Virus record (IMG/VR): IMGVR_UViG_3300025723_001133
Location: 1 to 33,938 of that record
Direction: 5' to 3' (one strand)
DNA: 33,938 nucleotides
From: a virus
Lineage: Duplodnaviria > Caudoviricetes
The position numbers were made by a program, and so were the translations under genes. Below are positions 25,023 through 33,938 of this stretch, one piece after another. The notes below the pieces were generated by a model. It was not told where the DNA came from. It made no database searches and was given only the letters and a program-made list of their open reading frames with translations. Each line of letters starts with the position of its first letter. Position 1 is the stretch's first letter.

Positions 25023-28000
25023 TTAGTCGTTAAAGCTCAAATTAGTACCACTTGCGATCCAGTAGCTAGTTACAGAACCGTCACCAGTATCAGTATAGTC
25101 TGACATTTTCTCATCACGCACTTTAATTAAAGTAACAATGTTACCACCATTGTAGCTAGGAATTACTAAGAAGCTATTAAAGTAGTCAGCGTTCCCGCCA
25201 CTGATACCTAAATAGGTAGTGCGGTTTCCGTTAGCCCACCCATAGTCTCCAGATTCATAATATACTTTGCGAGTGTTACCACTCCAGTTTATGATAGTGA
25301 TAACTGTGCCTACTGGGAACTGAACATCGTGATAGCTTGGTAACCATACATCTTGATTGTAAGTTAACAACAAGTGTCTGCCAGCATCGTTAGCACGGAT
25401 CTTGTAGCTGTTCTGATAGTCAGCACCGCTGTTATAATAACCTACTAGACGTTGTTTCAACAAACTAGCACTAGTTTCTTGACGTGTACCGTCACCAAAC
25501 ACAATGCCTCCTCCTGTAGCAGATAGCATAGGATACTGAATAGTTTCGTAGCCTTGCTCAGGAAGTGATATCATTGAAACTGATGTAGTTGTAATACCTA
25601 CGTGTGAGTGAACGGTGAAAGGAGTCCAAGCACCGTGAATAGTAGGATTACTAGTGTTAGCAAATGGAATCTGTACTTCTTCATAAACAAATTCGTCAAT
25701 GCCGTCAGTACCTTCTCCGGTCAATGGCAGTTTAGCAACAAAACCATTGTAATCTTGATTACTACCACTAATAGCATCAGTAGTACCGCCTGTGAACACG
25801 TGATCACCGTAAACTGCTGTCCAACGTGTACCATTATTTTCATACTGTTGGCCAAACCAATTAACTGTTCGTAGTCTGTTTTGCCACTGTAGAGCACCAG
25901 ATGTATCTAGTTTAGTAATGACCCACTGATTCCAATCGTCCTCTCCTGTAATAATAATGTTGTCATCGCTGTCAACAGCTACACTACCGTCATATATATC
26001 AAACACATTTTCAGCATCAGTATTAGCTCTCCATAACGCGGAGCCATCTGTACCTCTTAATTTGTATAGTTCTTGGTTACGTCCATAGTTAGATAAACAA
26101 ACAATGACATCGCCTATGCTGTCTACACAAATGTGTGAATTGTCTGTTGGTGCATAGCCATCGTTTAAGTTTACGGTCCACTGCATAGCACCCGAGCTAT
26201 TAAACTTAGATACCCAAACAGTAGGACTACCGCCGCTAAAGAAATCTGGATGCTCACTCGAACCAGTTACAAAAATATCACCAGACATTTTGTTTACAGC
26301 AACACTATACCCATAGTCGCTGTGATCTGACCCAAAAATATTGTACCAGTCTGGTGTCCATAACACAGCATCATTGTTTTGATAATATCCAAGTTGCCAA
26401 GCTCTGTCATTTGTAGTATTGCCAAAGTCTACTGCAAGGTCAAACAATAAGCGAACTGTAGCTAGACTTATAGTACCAGTGCTACTAATACCAGTAATAG
26501 CGCCACCGCCGTCTACTCCATTAACAGTGATAGTGATATCGTTGGTGCCATCTACTCCACCTGTTTGTGAGCCTAGAATTTTTAGAATGTCATTAACTTT
26601 ATATCCAGAGCCACCGTTGTTAAAGCCAAGTGTGTAAGCAGGACCGCTGTCATCAAATTTGTATACGTACCAAGTAGCACCGTACCCTGTTCCAGTTACA
26701 CCAGGTTGTGCTGTGTATACTGCATCAGCGCCAGTTGCTGTTCCAGATACAATACTTACACCTGTAATAACACCAGCATCTACTGTATCAACATTGACTA
26801 GTAGGCTGTTATCAGGTGTAGCACCACCTAAGTTTGTACCAGGAATAGTAATGATATCATTAACCTTATAGCCAGTACCGCCTGCTACTACAGCAACCGC
26901 GGTATATGCTCCACCACTGACTGTAACAGTAATAGTTGCACCAACGCCAGGAACATTAGTTGCTGTCAATGGATCATATTGGTTGATAGCGTATGTGTAT
27001 TGCTCGCCAGTGACATCGGAACCAGTAAGATACCAGTAGCTTCCTTCGTTAAAATGCGGAGGTTGATCACTGCCAAAGTCTGTTACGGGAACATCCATAT
27101 AGCTGTAACCATTACCGTCATTAGTACCTCCATCTATAGGATGTAGTGCGTAGGTTTTTGCTCCACCATAAGTAGTACCAACTACAACAGGAGTTCCGTT
27201 GTCTAACACATCAACATCGTACATATTGAAAGTTGATTGCCCTAATTGGAATTTAGTTGTTGAATATACGTCACCAGTAACGGCATTAACTGTTACTACA
27301 AAACTGTCATTATTGGGATAGTCTGTAACAATCATAACCACACGGTCGTGACGTTCATCATACACACCGCCTTCGATATTTCCTATAACGTGATTATTAC
27401 CGTCGTACCATAGTTGTTTTTGGTATTCGAGGCCACCGTCTAGATTGTATTTTACAAAGTATGGTATAGCACCGCCTTGGTCAATACCAAAAGCATAACT
27501 GTTACCTACTGTGTCAACACAGATACCTTGGAATTCAACATTATGATCGTAATTGATTTTATGTCCTTGTAAGTTTACCCAACCTACTGTGCGCTTGCCA
27601 ATGTCTAAGTCACCGTCTGGTGGTAAGGTCAGATCACCGTTAGTACCAAACTTCCAAGTATTTGAATCTTGTAATAGCGTTGTTACTTCTAGTACTGAAC
27701 TTCCAGTATAAGAGACATCTGATCCTGGTCCCCATTCAAATCCGTTAATGGTGCTAAATCCACTAAAGTCTACTGACTTATATGATTGCATTCTTCCAGG
27801 AATGCGGCCTTCATTTAATCTCCAGCCACTAATATCAACTAATTCTCCATTTGATGGAACTTGTAATACCCAGGCTTTAACATCGCCGTAGTATAAGTTG
27901 TTGTATCCATTTTTACCAATTGGCACTATAAAACCGCATACAGCTAGACGACTACCGTGAACTGCGATTGCACCTCCAGTATTATATTGAGCAGGTGCAT

Positions 28001-29276
28001 TATTGATAAGTCCAGGAGATGACAACCCAAAGTCTAACGGATCCATAGTACGTTGCCATAGAACTTTACCTGTATCGGGTTGGTAACAAGCCATTAATAG
28101 TTGCTGGACAAAATCTTGATATCCTGCGCTAGTTTGAGTGTATATACCTCTACTAGTATATGCACCTAGATACACCAAGCCATCATCGCCTACTGTAATG
28201 CTAGTTCCAGCACTGCCACAGTTGCCTCTAATATCTCTACTCCATACTACATTACCGTTAGAGTCTAACTTCATAACAACTACTTGTGTGATTGGCTCAC
28301 TAGAAATATTAGCAGAGTCTGTATAATAGCCTGTTACAAATACATTACCACTGGCATCTACAGCTATACCTGCACCGCCATTGTCATATATGGTGCTGCC
28401 TCTTGAACTCTTAACTGATGGAATCTTTTTAGTCCAAATAGGATCAAGATTAGGATTTAATTTTTGCACAACTAAGACATAAGTTTCAGTAGCAGGATCA
28501 GATGAAACACCTGTAATATAAACATTATTGTTTTGATCGACAGCTAGTCCGTTTGCATCGTTTTCGTAATCGCTATTCCAAATCTTAGCGTGAAGTATAG
28601 CTCCAGATTGCGAATTAAATTTGATAGCATAAGCTCGAGGAGGGTTACCGTCTGTACTAGTTATACCTACTAATACTGGCATATTATCTGGGCCTACATC
28701 TAGCCCACTTGGAGTATTGTATTGGTCGTTATCAAAACTTTCAGTCCATATAGAATTACCGGTCATACCGTCAATTTTAATCACAGTACCGTAGCTATGG
28801 CCATCCTCGCCTACTAGAATCGCAACATAAACATTGTCGTCCAAATCAACAGCTACACCACCGCTGAATGAAGTTATGTTACCTGGAATATCGCTAGACC
28901 ATAAAGTGTTACCATCTTCGTCAAACTTGCTGACATTCATAAATGGAGCATCATAGCCTGTTGCGCCACCATATGATGTAGTAACAACAACTAAACTACC
29001 TTGACTATCGTAAGCTAAGGCTGTTGCCACACAAGCGTTTCTTGGCTTACCAACCATATTAACCCAAGTAGCAGGATCTTGTGTGGTAATATTAACCGGA
29101 TCCATACTCTTAATATGACTATTAGAGTAGCTTAGATCTCGCCAAGTAGTAATGCCGTCACCATATTTTACCTGTTTGGTATCTGTTTCTAAACCAGGCT
29201 CACCTGCGCTTAGAATTGGGTTAGCGTCAAACCAATTGGCCGCTGTATCTCTACGTAGTTTAATTCTTGTTGTCAT
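25023..29276 (-). CDS. Large tail fibre/receptor-binding protein: Mtd-N-like N-terminus plus beta-propeller-like repeats
   Basis: Start re-assigned to ATG at 29276 (MTTRIKLRRDTAANW; GGAGG SD). Many AVDxxGNxYVTG...K(L/F)DxxGxxxW blades; two GG(T/S)GYKVNDI repeats; C-terminal VTLIKV...WIASG. Confidence 0.75.
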   Translation of the reverse strand: MTTRIKLRRDTAANWFDANPILSAGEPGLETDTKQVKYGDGITTWRDLSYSNSHIKSMDPVNITTQDPATWVNMVGKPRNACVATALAYDSQGSLVVVTTSYGGATGYDAPFMNVSKFDEDGNTLWSSDIPGNITSFSGGVAVDLDDNVYVAILVGEDGHSYGTVIKIDGMTGNSIWTESFDNDQYNTPSGLDVGPDNMPVLVGITSTDGNPPRAYAIKFNSQSGAILHAKIWNSDYENDANGLAVDQNNNVYITGVSSDPATETYVLVVQKLNPNLDPIWTKKIPSVKSSRGSTIYDNGGAGIAVDASGNVFVTGYYTDSANISSEPITQVVVMKLDSNGNVVWSRDIRGNCGSAGTSITVGDDGLVYLGAYTSRGIYTQTSAGYQDFVQQLLMACYQPDTGKVLWQRTMDPLDFGLSSPGLINNAPAQYNTGGAIAVHGSRLAVCGFIVPIGKNGYNNLYYGDVKAWVLQVPSNGELVDISGWRLNEGRIPGRMQSYKSVDFSGFSTINGFEWGPGSDVSYTGSSVLEVTTLLQDSNTWKFGTNGDLTLPPDGDLDIGKRTVGWVNLQGHKINYDHNVEFQGICVDTVGNSYAFGIDQGGAIPYFVKYNLDGGLEYQKQLWYDGNNHVIGNIEGGVYDERHDRVVMIVTDYPNNDSFVVTVNAVTGDVYSTTKFQLGQSTFNMYDVDVLDNGTPVVVGTTYGGAKTYALHPIDGGTNDGNGYSYMDVPVTDFGSDQPPHFNEGSYWYLTGSDVTGEQYTYAINQYDPLTATNVPGVGATITVTVSGGAYTAVAVVAGGTGYKVNDIITIPGTNLGGATPDNSLLVNVDTVDAGVITGVSIVSGTATGADAVYTAQPGVTGTGYGATWYVYKFDDSGPAYTLGFNNGGSGYKVNDILKILGSQTGGVDGTNDITITVNGVDGGGAITGISSTGTISLATVRLLFDLAVDFGNTTNDRAWQLGYYQNNDAVLWTPDWYNIFGSDHSDYGYSVAVNKMSGDIFVTGSSEHPDFFSGGSPTVWVSKFNSSGAMQWTVNLNDGYAPTDNSHICVDSIGDVIVCLSNYGRNQELYKLRGTDGSALWRANTDAENVFDIYDGSVAVDSDDNIIITGEDDWNQWVITKLDTSGALQWQNRLRTVNWFGQQYENNGTRWTAVYGDHVFTGGTTDAISGSNQDYNGFVAKLPLTGEGTDGIDEFVYEEVQIPFANTSNPTIHGAWTPFTVHSHVGITTTSVSMISLPEQGYETIQYPMLSATGGGIVFGDGTRQETSASLLKQRLVGYYNSGADYQNSYKIRANDAGRHLLLTYNQDVWLPSYHDVQFPVGTVITIINWSGNTRKVYYESGDYGWANGNRTTYLGISGGNADYFNSFLVIPSYNGGNIVTLIKVRDEKMSDYTDTGDGSVTSYWIASGTNLSFND

Positions 29277-29481
29277 AATGTCCTCCGCCTCCATCAAGCG
29301 TGTTATCTAAAAGTTCGTTGTATACTGAGGAGGCCGATCCTCCGTAATTTGCGTATTCTGCTGTACCATTGTGGATTGGAATACTACTATTCCAAGCTAT
29401 GCCGGTCCACACATAGGTTACAGCGTTATCCGCTAAGAATTCCTGTCCTATGTTTGGTCTTGTGGGAAATATTATTGCCAT
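29260..29481 (-). CDS. Small tail-fibre-associated protein
   Basis: Start re-assigned to ATG at 29481 (MAIIFPTRPNIGQEF...TYVWTGIAW); 73 aa; ends with LDGG. Confidence 0.65.
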   Translation of the reverse strand: MAIIFPTRPNIGQEFLADNAVTYVWTGIAWNSSIPIHNGTAEYANYGGSASSVYNELLDNTLDGGGGHYDNKN

Positions 29482-29486
29482 ATCTA

Positions 29487-29492
29487 TATTTA
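29487..29492 (-). promoter_or_regulatory. Putative late promoter core TAAATA
   Basis: Intergenic TAAATA 5 nt upstream of the ATG at 29481. Confidence 0.5.
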
Positions 29493-29494
29493 CC

Positions 29495-31630
29495 TTAAAC
29501 TGGAAGTAGTGAGCTGTAAGCATCACCACCATCTACCACTGCTGCTGTAGTCTGTACGCTACCATCTGGGAATTGTAGCCCTGCATCTTCCCTGAAATAC
29601 CAGTTGGCACCGCGTACATTTACGTGTACTAAGTAGCCTTCTGGAGTATACGGATCTCCGCTATATTCACCGTCTTCTAGCGGAGCACCTACGTTTACGC
29701 TAACATTTGGCCCGTAGTTAGTATTCATAGAGTTTATAACACCTAAATCTCTATTGCCGCCCAACCACAGACCTAGATATCCTTCTCCTTCAATCTCTGG
29801 TGCCCACACGACCATATCGCCGTCAGATATTTCTCCTAAAATCATAGGATCGCTAAATCCGTTATTGATTTCCAAGTAGCCAGAAGTGTTTAATTTAACC
29901 TGCCCAATAACGCCGTTTTGATTGGAAGTTTGTAAAAAAACTCCATCCGTATTTGCCCAAGCAAAATTAGTATCATTCCAGTTTAGTTGACTGTATCCGT
30001 TGTTATTGTAAGATTTTAAATCAATGCCCCAAGCAGTTCCGCCAAAACTTTGTTGTAGATTTCCTATGCCAGTTCCGTTAGCAAACATTAACGAACCATC
30101 AGCTTGTATACTTACAGTTAAATCACCGTTAACTAACGCACTAGGAGCGTCCAGCGGAGGAGGAAGTATAGTTGGACTAGCATCGATCCACTGACTATTA
30201 TACATAATGTACAAGCGGGCTTCATCACTGTTAAACCATAAACGTCCATTTTTAGAACCTTCGGGCGGCGCATCACCAGCTACTGGATGTATAATACTAT
30301 TGCCAAATCTATCAACAATGTCAGCAGTATCGTATGAAAGGGTTTCTGTTTGTACATCGATCTGATAAATTAATGTTTCTAAATTACCTTGATTATTAAT
30401 AAACCAAGTGCTTTGCGCTTCATTAATTTCATTACCATCTGGCGTGAATTCAATAAACATCGCTGGCCCGGGCGAATCAGTAAATCCACTATCACCAGCA
30501 ACAAAACCCGAGCCAAATATTGTGCCAGGCACAGTAGGATCCACATCTGGATTAGTCCATTGCATCAATGAATAATAATCACTATTAATTTCAATATAGT
30601 AGCCTGAATTAATCGATAGACGTTGTGTACCAGCATTCAGCGTATTGTTATTAGGAAATATTGTAGTACCGTCAGGATTAAAATGCCACTCAGCATTACC
30701 AAATCCTTCTGCATTTGCTCTAATATCAACTCCGAGAAACGGTCCGCTATGCGATCCACGGATCTTAACATTGTTCCAGTCGTTACCTAAGAATAAATCT
30801 TGGTACGGAACTTCTATGTTACTGTTAGGAAACGCAATATGAAAGTGTTCGTCTACCCCTGGAACTTCAATAAATGTACCAAGAGTAAGTGAACCGTGAG
30901 CGCCAGCGTTAAAAGTAAATCCATCATTCTTAACAAAACTACCATCGGATCCAATCTTTAATGTTTCCTGCCCACGACTGTAAAATTTAAAACCACCATC
31001 TGCTGTTGTAGGGTCGGTATCTGTAGCAAACCATACGTGATTGCCTTCAACACCTATGGCATAGTTGTAGCCTTGACCTATAGGATTTTCATTATTAAAG
31101 TTCCATAATGTAAGTGTATCAGTAGTGCCTAAGGGTGCAGGAGCACCTAGTCTAGAGTTGTCCTTCCAGAAATCAATCTTAGCCTTACCATTGGTTTGCA
31201 ACACATTATTGCTGAACAACCAACTATTGCCATCGCTAACTGTATTCAAATCAGTGGTTAGATATACAGCATCGCCTGCACGTAACCATAAGTCTGCAGG
31301 ATTAGCAAATCCATCATTGCCGATACTAGTTTTATTTTGATAACTACCAACATTCCATTGGCCGCCATCTTGTAAGTCTAAGTGACTACCGTCTGTAAAT
31401 GCTTGGAATCCTGTGTTAGATAATTCAACTCGTAAACAGCCGTTAGCGTTATTAGTCCAGATTGTACCACTGGCTCCACCGGCATATGATAATTCGGACC
31501 AGTGGTGTACACCGTCTCCATATTTGACTTTGTTTGTATCTGTTTCTAACCCTGGCTCAGCGAGACTTAGTACAGGATTGGCCGCCAACCAGTTTGCGGC
31601 GGTATCTCTTCTTAGTTTAATAGTTGACAT
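29495..31630 (-). CDS. Tail fibre protein with Mtd-N-like N-terminus
   Basis: MSTIKLRRDTAANWLAANPVLSLAEPGLETDTNKVKYGDGVHHWSELSY; GRLWFNS...LYI...WID module; FPDGSVQTTA; C-terminal VDGGDA. Confidence 0.75.
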   Translation of the reverse strand: MSTIKLRRDTAANWLAANPVLSLAEPGLETDTNKVKYGDGVHHWSELSYAGGASGTIWTNNANGCLRVELSNTGFQAFTDGSHLDLQDGGQWNVGSYQNKTSIGNDGFANPADLWLRAGDAVYLTTDLNTVSDGNSWLFSNNVLQTNGKAKIDFWKDNSRLGAPAPLGTTDTLTLWNFNNENPIGQGYNYAIGVEGNHVWFATDTDPTTADGGFKFYSRGQETLKIGSDGSFVKNDGFTFNAGAHGSLTLGTFIEVPGVDEHFHIAFPNSNIEVPYQDLFLGNDWNNVKIRGSHSGPFLGVDIRANAEGFGNAEWHFNPDGTTIFPNNNTLNAGTQRLSINSGYYIEINSDYYSLMQWTNPDVDPTVPGTIFGSGFVAGDSGFTDSPGPAMFIEFTPDGNEINEAQSTWFINNQGNLETLIYQIDVQTETLSYDTADIVDRFGNSIIHPVAGDAPPEGSKNGRLWFNSDEARLYIMYNSQWIDASPTILPPPLDAPSALVNGDLTVSIQADGSLMFANGTGIGNLQQSFGGTAWGIDLKSYNNNGYSQLNWNDTNFAWANTDGVFLQTSNQNGVIGQVKLNTSGYLEINNGFSDPMILGEISDGDMVVWAPEIEGEGYLGLWLGGNRDLGVINSMNTNYGPNVSVNVGAPLEDGEYSGDPYTPEGYLVHVNVRGANWYFREDAGLQFPDGSVQTTAAVVDGGDAYSSLLPV

Positions 31631-31632
31631 TC

Positions 31633-33938
31633 TTAAATTCCTTGTTCCAAGATATTAGATATATCTGTTCTTTCTAATCTATTGTGTACATAATCTTGTA
31701 TATATTTTAAACTATAAGTTTGCTCTTGTAAGCGTAGCCCAGTAATATATTTTTCATCAATGCCTGCAAATTCTTCTACACTACGTAGTGCTCTATCATC
31801 TTTAACAAACTTCATATCTACTATAGGATAGATATTGTTAAATCTGTTGGACGTTAAAATACCATCAGCAAACAAGTTCAAGTGATACTGTGTCCATACA
31901 TTATAGTAACGTGTTGGAGTTGTTACCCTTTCTTTACTTACTAAAGTAACTTCTTCGCCACGTTCATTGAAAGTAATTGTACCTATTGGAGTTTCGGCAA
32001 GTTTTAGTTTGGTAAATGCGCCTGCTTGTTTGTTAAACACGTGGTGTCCAACTGTGCGTAATTCAGAACCATCGCTGAATTTATAGATATCGTGTCCTGT
32101 AGTTTCTTCTGCTGCTTTAATCCAAATAGGCTGTGCTTCGCTAAACTCGCCTAGGTCAAAATTCCAAACACGGATAAGTTCACCGTGGGCAATATCTTCA
32201 ATGGCCTTGTGTGTGCCATCGGCCATAGTAATCTGCGTACCCTCTACTAAACAAGGGCCGTGCGGCACTTCCCAGGCGTCTTGGACTAGTTTGTAAAAAG
32301 TATAACCTCTGCTGTCAACAACATAGGCTGTTACAGAAACCAGCTGTTCCCAGAACTGATAAAATATTCCACCTTGTCCCCAGGTTACTGTATTGTCGCC
32401 TTGATCAAAACTTCCACCTATAGTTTGTGTATCGTTGATTGATATACCTTTGATAATAATGCCAGCATCAGTAGCACCACCATCTCTAATGTTATATGTC
32501 ACTGAACCACTGTTATCATACTGTGATAAATCGGACTGTAGAGTATATCCTGTTATTGTTATGCCTGCCGAGCTGTCAGCGGTACCGCCATCGACATCTC
32601 CACTAGCAAATGCACTAACACCGTTACGAGTAATATCACCTGTTACAGGAATAGTTAAGTTACCATCTGAACCAAATTGCCATACTGTTGTTAATCCATT
32701 ATTACCAGCGTTTCCCCTGCCCTTTAATGCTATACTGAAATTAGCACTATAATTGTCATCGTCTACTGCTGACAATCTAGCACCCGGTAATCCATTACCT
32801 TGATCCACATAGGTATAGTAGTCAATAGCACTACCAGTTCCACCGTTACCTGCTGTGTTTATAAGATTTAACTGCGTTTTAACTTGACCTACTGGGCCTG
32901 TGTTGTTTAGGTTAAGTGGGGCTGGAGTCACTGTGCCTATATCTTTACTGCCCGAAAATATATTTCCAGGAGCTGTAAAAGAACCATCTGCGCCAAACTG
33001 CCACAACCCACCAGTGCTAGTGGGTTTAGAAAAACTATAACCCAGTGTACTTGTACCGTTAGTATCCATTGGTATACTACAGGTTATAGACAAGTTGATA
33101 GTATTATCAACACCAGTTATAGTGGCTATATGACCATTACTTAAATCAGTTATGATGTCGCCAACAGCCACATAGTACAGTCGGGGATATAAACCAAGGC
33201 TAAACTCCATCTCTGTAATATTCGTTCCATCGTTTTGGAACTCAAATGCCACAGCTCCTTCAAAATAGTAAGCACTGCTTTTAACACACACAGACCCATC
33301 AATGTTCACTTTGACAAACTTGTTGTCGTCACCTAGCACTATCTCTGTGCGATTCAAATCGCCGGAAGCAAGATGTATGTGTTGTGTTTCTGGATTAAAT
33401 GCTGTGTTGTAAATGGTTAGATTATTCCACGGATTGAAAACATTATTTGGTGTTAGTACTAGAGTTCCAGGTGAATCACCGCCTTCAGTAACCCTTGCTG
33501 TTTCTGTAATAGTTCCACCCAGTGGTAATGTCAAAGTACCATCACCACCAAAGGTCCAAAAATTTTGATTACTATTAATTCTTATAGGACTAGGACTTTG
33601 TATTAGTGCGCCGGCGCCGTCTAAGCCGTTAGGTAGATTTAAATATCCATCAGATCCTAAACTGACAGTATAATCACCGTTGACTAATCTGTCTATAACA
33701 AGATTGGACCATTGAGTATTATAATCTGTATTATCAACTTTGCTTAATACTTGTCCTGTAGTACCACCTGCGGCAACGCCAGCCCCTGTATCGCCTTGCG
33801 GTCCTTGCGGTCCTTGTATACCTTGTATACCTTGGAATCCTCTTGGTCCTTGTGGACCTACGTTACCTTGTGGTCCTTGTGGGCCTGTTTGTCCTTGGTC
33901 ACCTTGAATACCAGGATCGCCTTGAGGTCCTTGAATAC
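31633..33938 (-). CDS. Collagen-repeat tail fibre protein with a C-terminal Hint domain (partial; start lies beyond the right edge)
   Basis: The frame is open from 33936 through the TTG at 33534: [14 protein letters not shown]...[20 protein letters not shown]...[12 protein letters not shown], with a Hint domain near the C-terminus. Confidence 0.8.
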   Translation of the reverse strand, partial: IQGPQGDPGIQGDQGQTGPQGPQGNVGPQGPRGFQGIQGIQGPQGPQGDTGAGVAAGGTTGQVLSKVDNTDYNTQWSNLVIDRLVNGDYTVSLGSDGYLNLPNGLDGAGALIQSPSPIRINSNQNFWTFGGDGTLTLPLGGTITETARVTEGGDSPGTLVLTPNNVFNPWNNLTIYNTAFNPETQHIHLASGDLNRTEIVLGDDNKFVKVNIDGSVCVKSSAYYFEGAVAFEFQNDGTNITEMEFSLGLYPRLYYVAVGDIITDLSNGHIATITGVDNTINLSITCSIPMDTNGTSTLGYSFSKPTSTGGLWQFGADGSFTAPGNIFSGSKDIGTVTPAPLNLNNTGPVGQVKTQLNLINTAGNGGTGSAIDYYTYVDQGNGLPGARLSAVDDDNYSANFSIALKGRGNAGNNGLTTVWQFGSDGNLTIPVTGDITRNGVSAFASGDVDGGTADSSAGITITGYTLQSDLSQYDNSGSVTYNIRDGGATDAGIIIKGISINDTQTIGGSFDQGDNTVTWGQGGIFYQFWEQLVSVTAYVVDSRGYTFYKLVQDAWEVPHGPCLVEGTQITMADGTHKAIEDIAHGELIRVWNFDLGEFSEAQPIWIKAAEETTGHDIYKFSDGSELRTVGHHVFNKQAGAFTKLKLAETPIGTITFNERGEEVTLVSKERVTTPTRYYNVWTQYHLNLFADGILTSNRFNNIYPIVDMKFVKDDRALRSVEEFAGIDEKYITGLRLQEQTYSLKYIQDYVHNRLERTDISNILEQGI
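31846..32253 (-). other. Hint (intein-like) autoprocessing domain, 136 aa, no endonuclease
   Basis: Block [14 protein letters not shown], block B LRTVGHH (TxxH), block F/G YYNVW...[11 protein letters not shown]; the next residue is Arg. Confidence 0.85.
33787..33938 (-). repeat. Collagen-like Gly-X-Y coding repeat (at least 17 triplets, truncated by the window)
   Basis: (G)[50 protein letters not shown]. Confidence 0.92.

Noticed and set aside
25023-31630. Diversity-generating retroelement suggested by the Mtd-like N-termini
   Set aside because: No reverse transcriptase or template/variable repeat pair with adenine-specific mismatches was seen; only the N-terminal anchor domain is shared.
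31846-32253. Mobile intein
   Set aside because: There is no endonuclease domain, the +1 residue is Arg, and the host protein is a variable fibre rather than a conserved enzyme site.
929-32752. Many short plus-strand ORFs and short same-strand out-of-frame ORFs in the track
   Set aside because: They lie within well-supported minus-strand genes, show no recognisable motifs and are typical antisense or frame shadows.
1-33938. Stop-codon reassignment as in some large phages
   Set aside because: Standard-code ORFs tile the window densely, recognisable proteins other than the DnaE fragment (which ends in TAA) are full length, and TAA, TGA and TAG all occur as terminators.
1-33938. Bacterial chromosome, or eukaryotic/giant-virus origin (clpA, def, dnaJ, RFC-like gene, FG repeats, collagen)
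   Set aside because: The lysis cassette with spanins, baseplate and fibre genes, SD sites, sigma70 and T4-like late motifs, and tight gene packing all fit a large bacteriophage.
33787-33938. Short tandem DNA repeats resembling a CRISPR or VNTR array
   Set aside because: The 9-nt periodicity is explained by Gly-X-Y codons, and there are no unique spacers.

Overview
This window is a gene-dense, AT-rich segment of a large tailed dsDNA phage (T4-like or jumbo myovirus type). A lipoprotein spanin pair and host-type sigma70 promoters point to a Gram-negative host. All credible genes are on the minus strand except phoH. In transcription order (right to left) the window holds: tail-fibre/adhesin genes (a collagen fibre with a C-terminal Hint domain, two Mtd-N-type fibres, a LamG protein); a papain-like C1A peptidase and a delta-9-type fatty acid desaturase; baseplate-type proteins; a stand-alone DnaE fragment, GroES and a clamp-loader subunit; phoH; a lysis cassette (GH19 endolysin, i-/o-spanin, a holin-like protein with an FG-repeat tail); a dnaJ-def-clpA operon; and a block of probable capsid-packaged proteins with (I/L)-x-E maturation motifs. 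That last block includes a Pol-beta-type nucleotidyltransferase fused to a KxDG ligase-like domain, an HxGH nucleotidyltransferase, a duplicated unknown domain and Dps. The best candidates for undescribed biology are this putative virion-packaged triple-nucleotidyltransferase module, the FG-repeat holin tail and the probably non-splicing Hint domain on a tail fibre. No tRNA, rRNA, CRISPR array or transposase was recognised. Product calls come from motifs recognised by eye, not from database searches.
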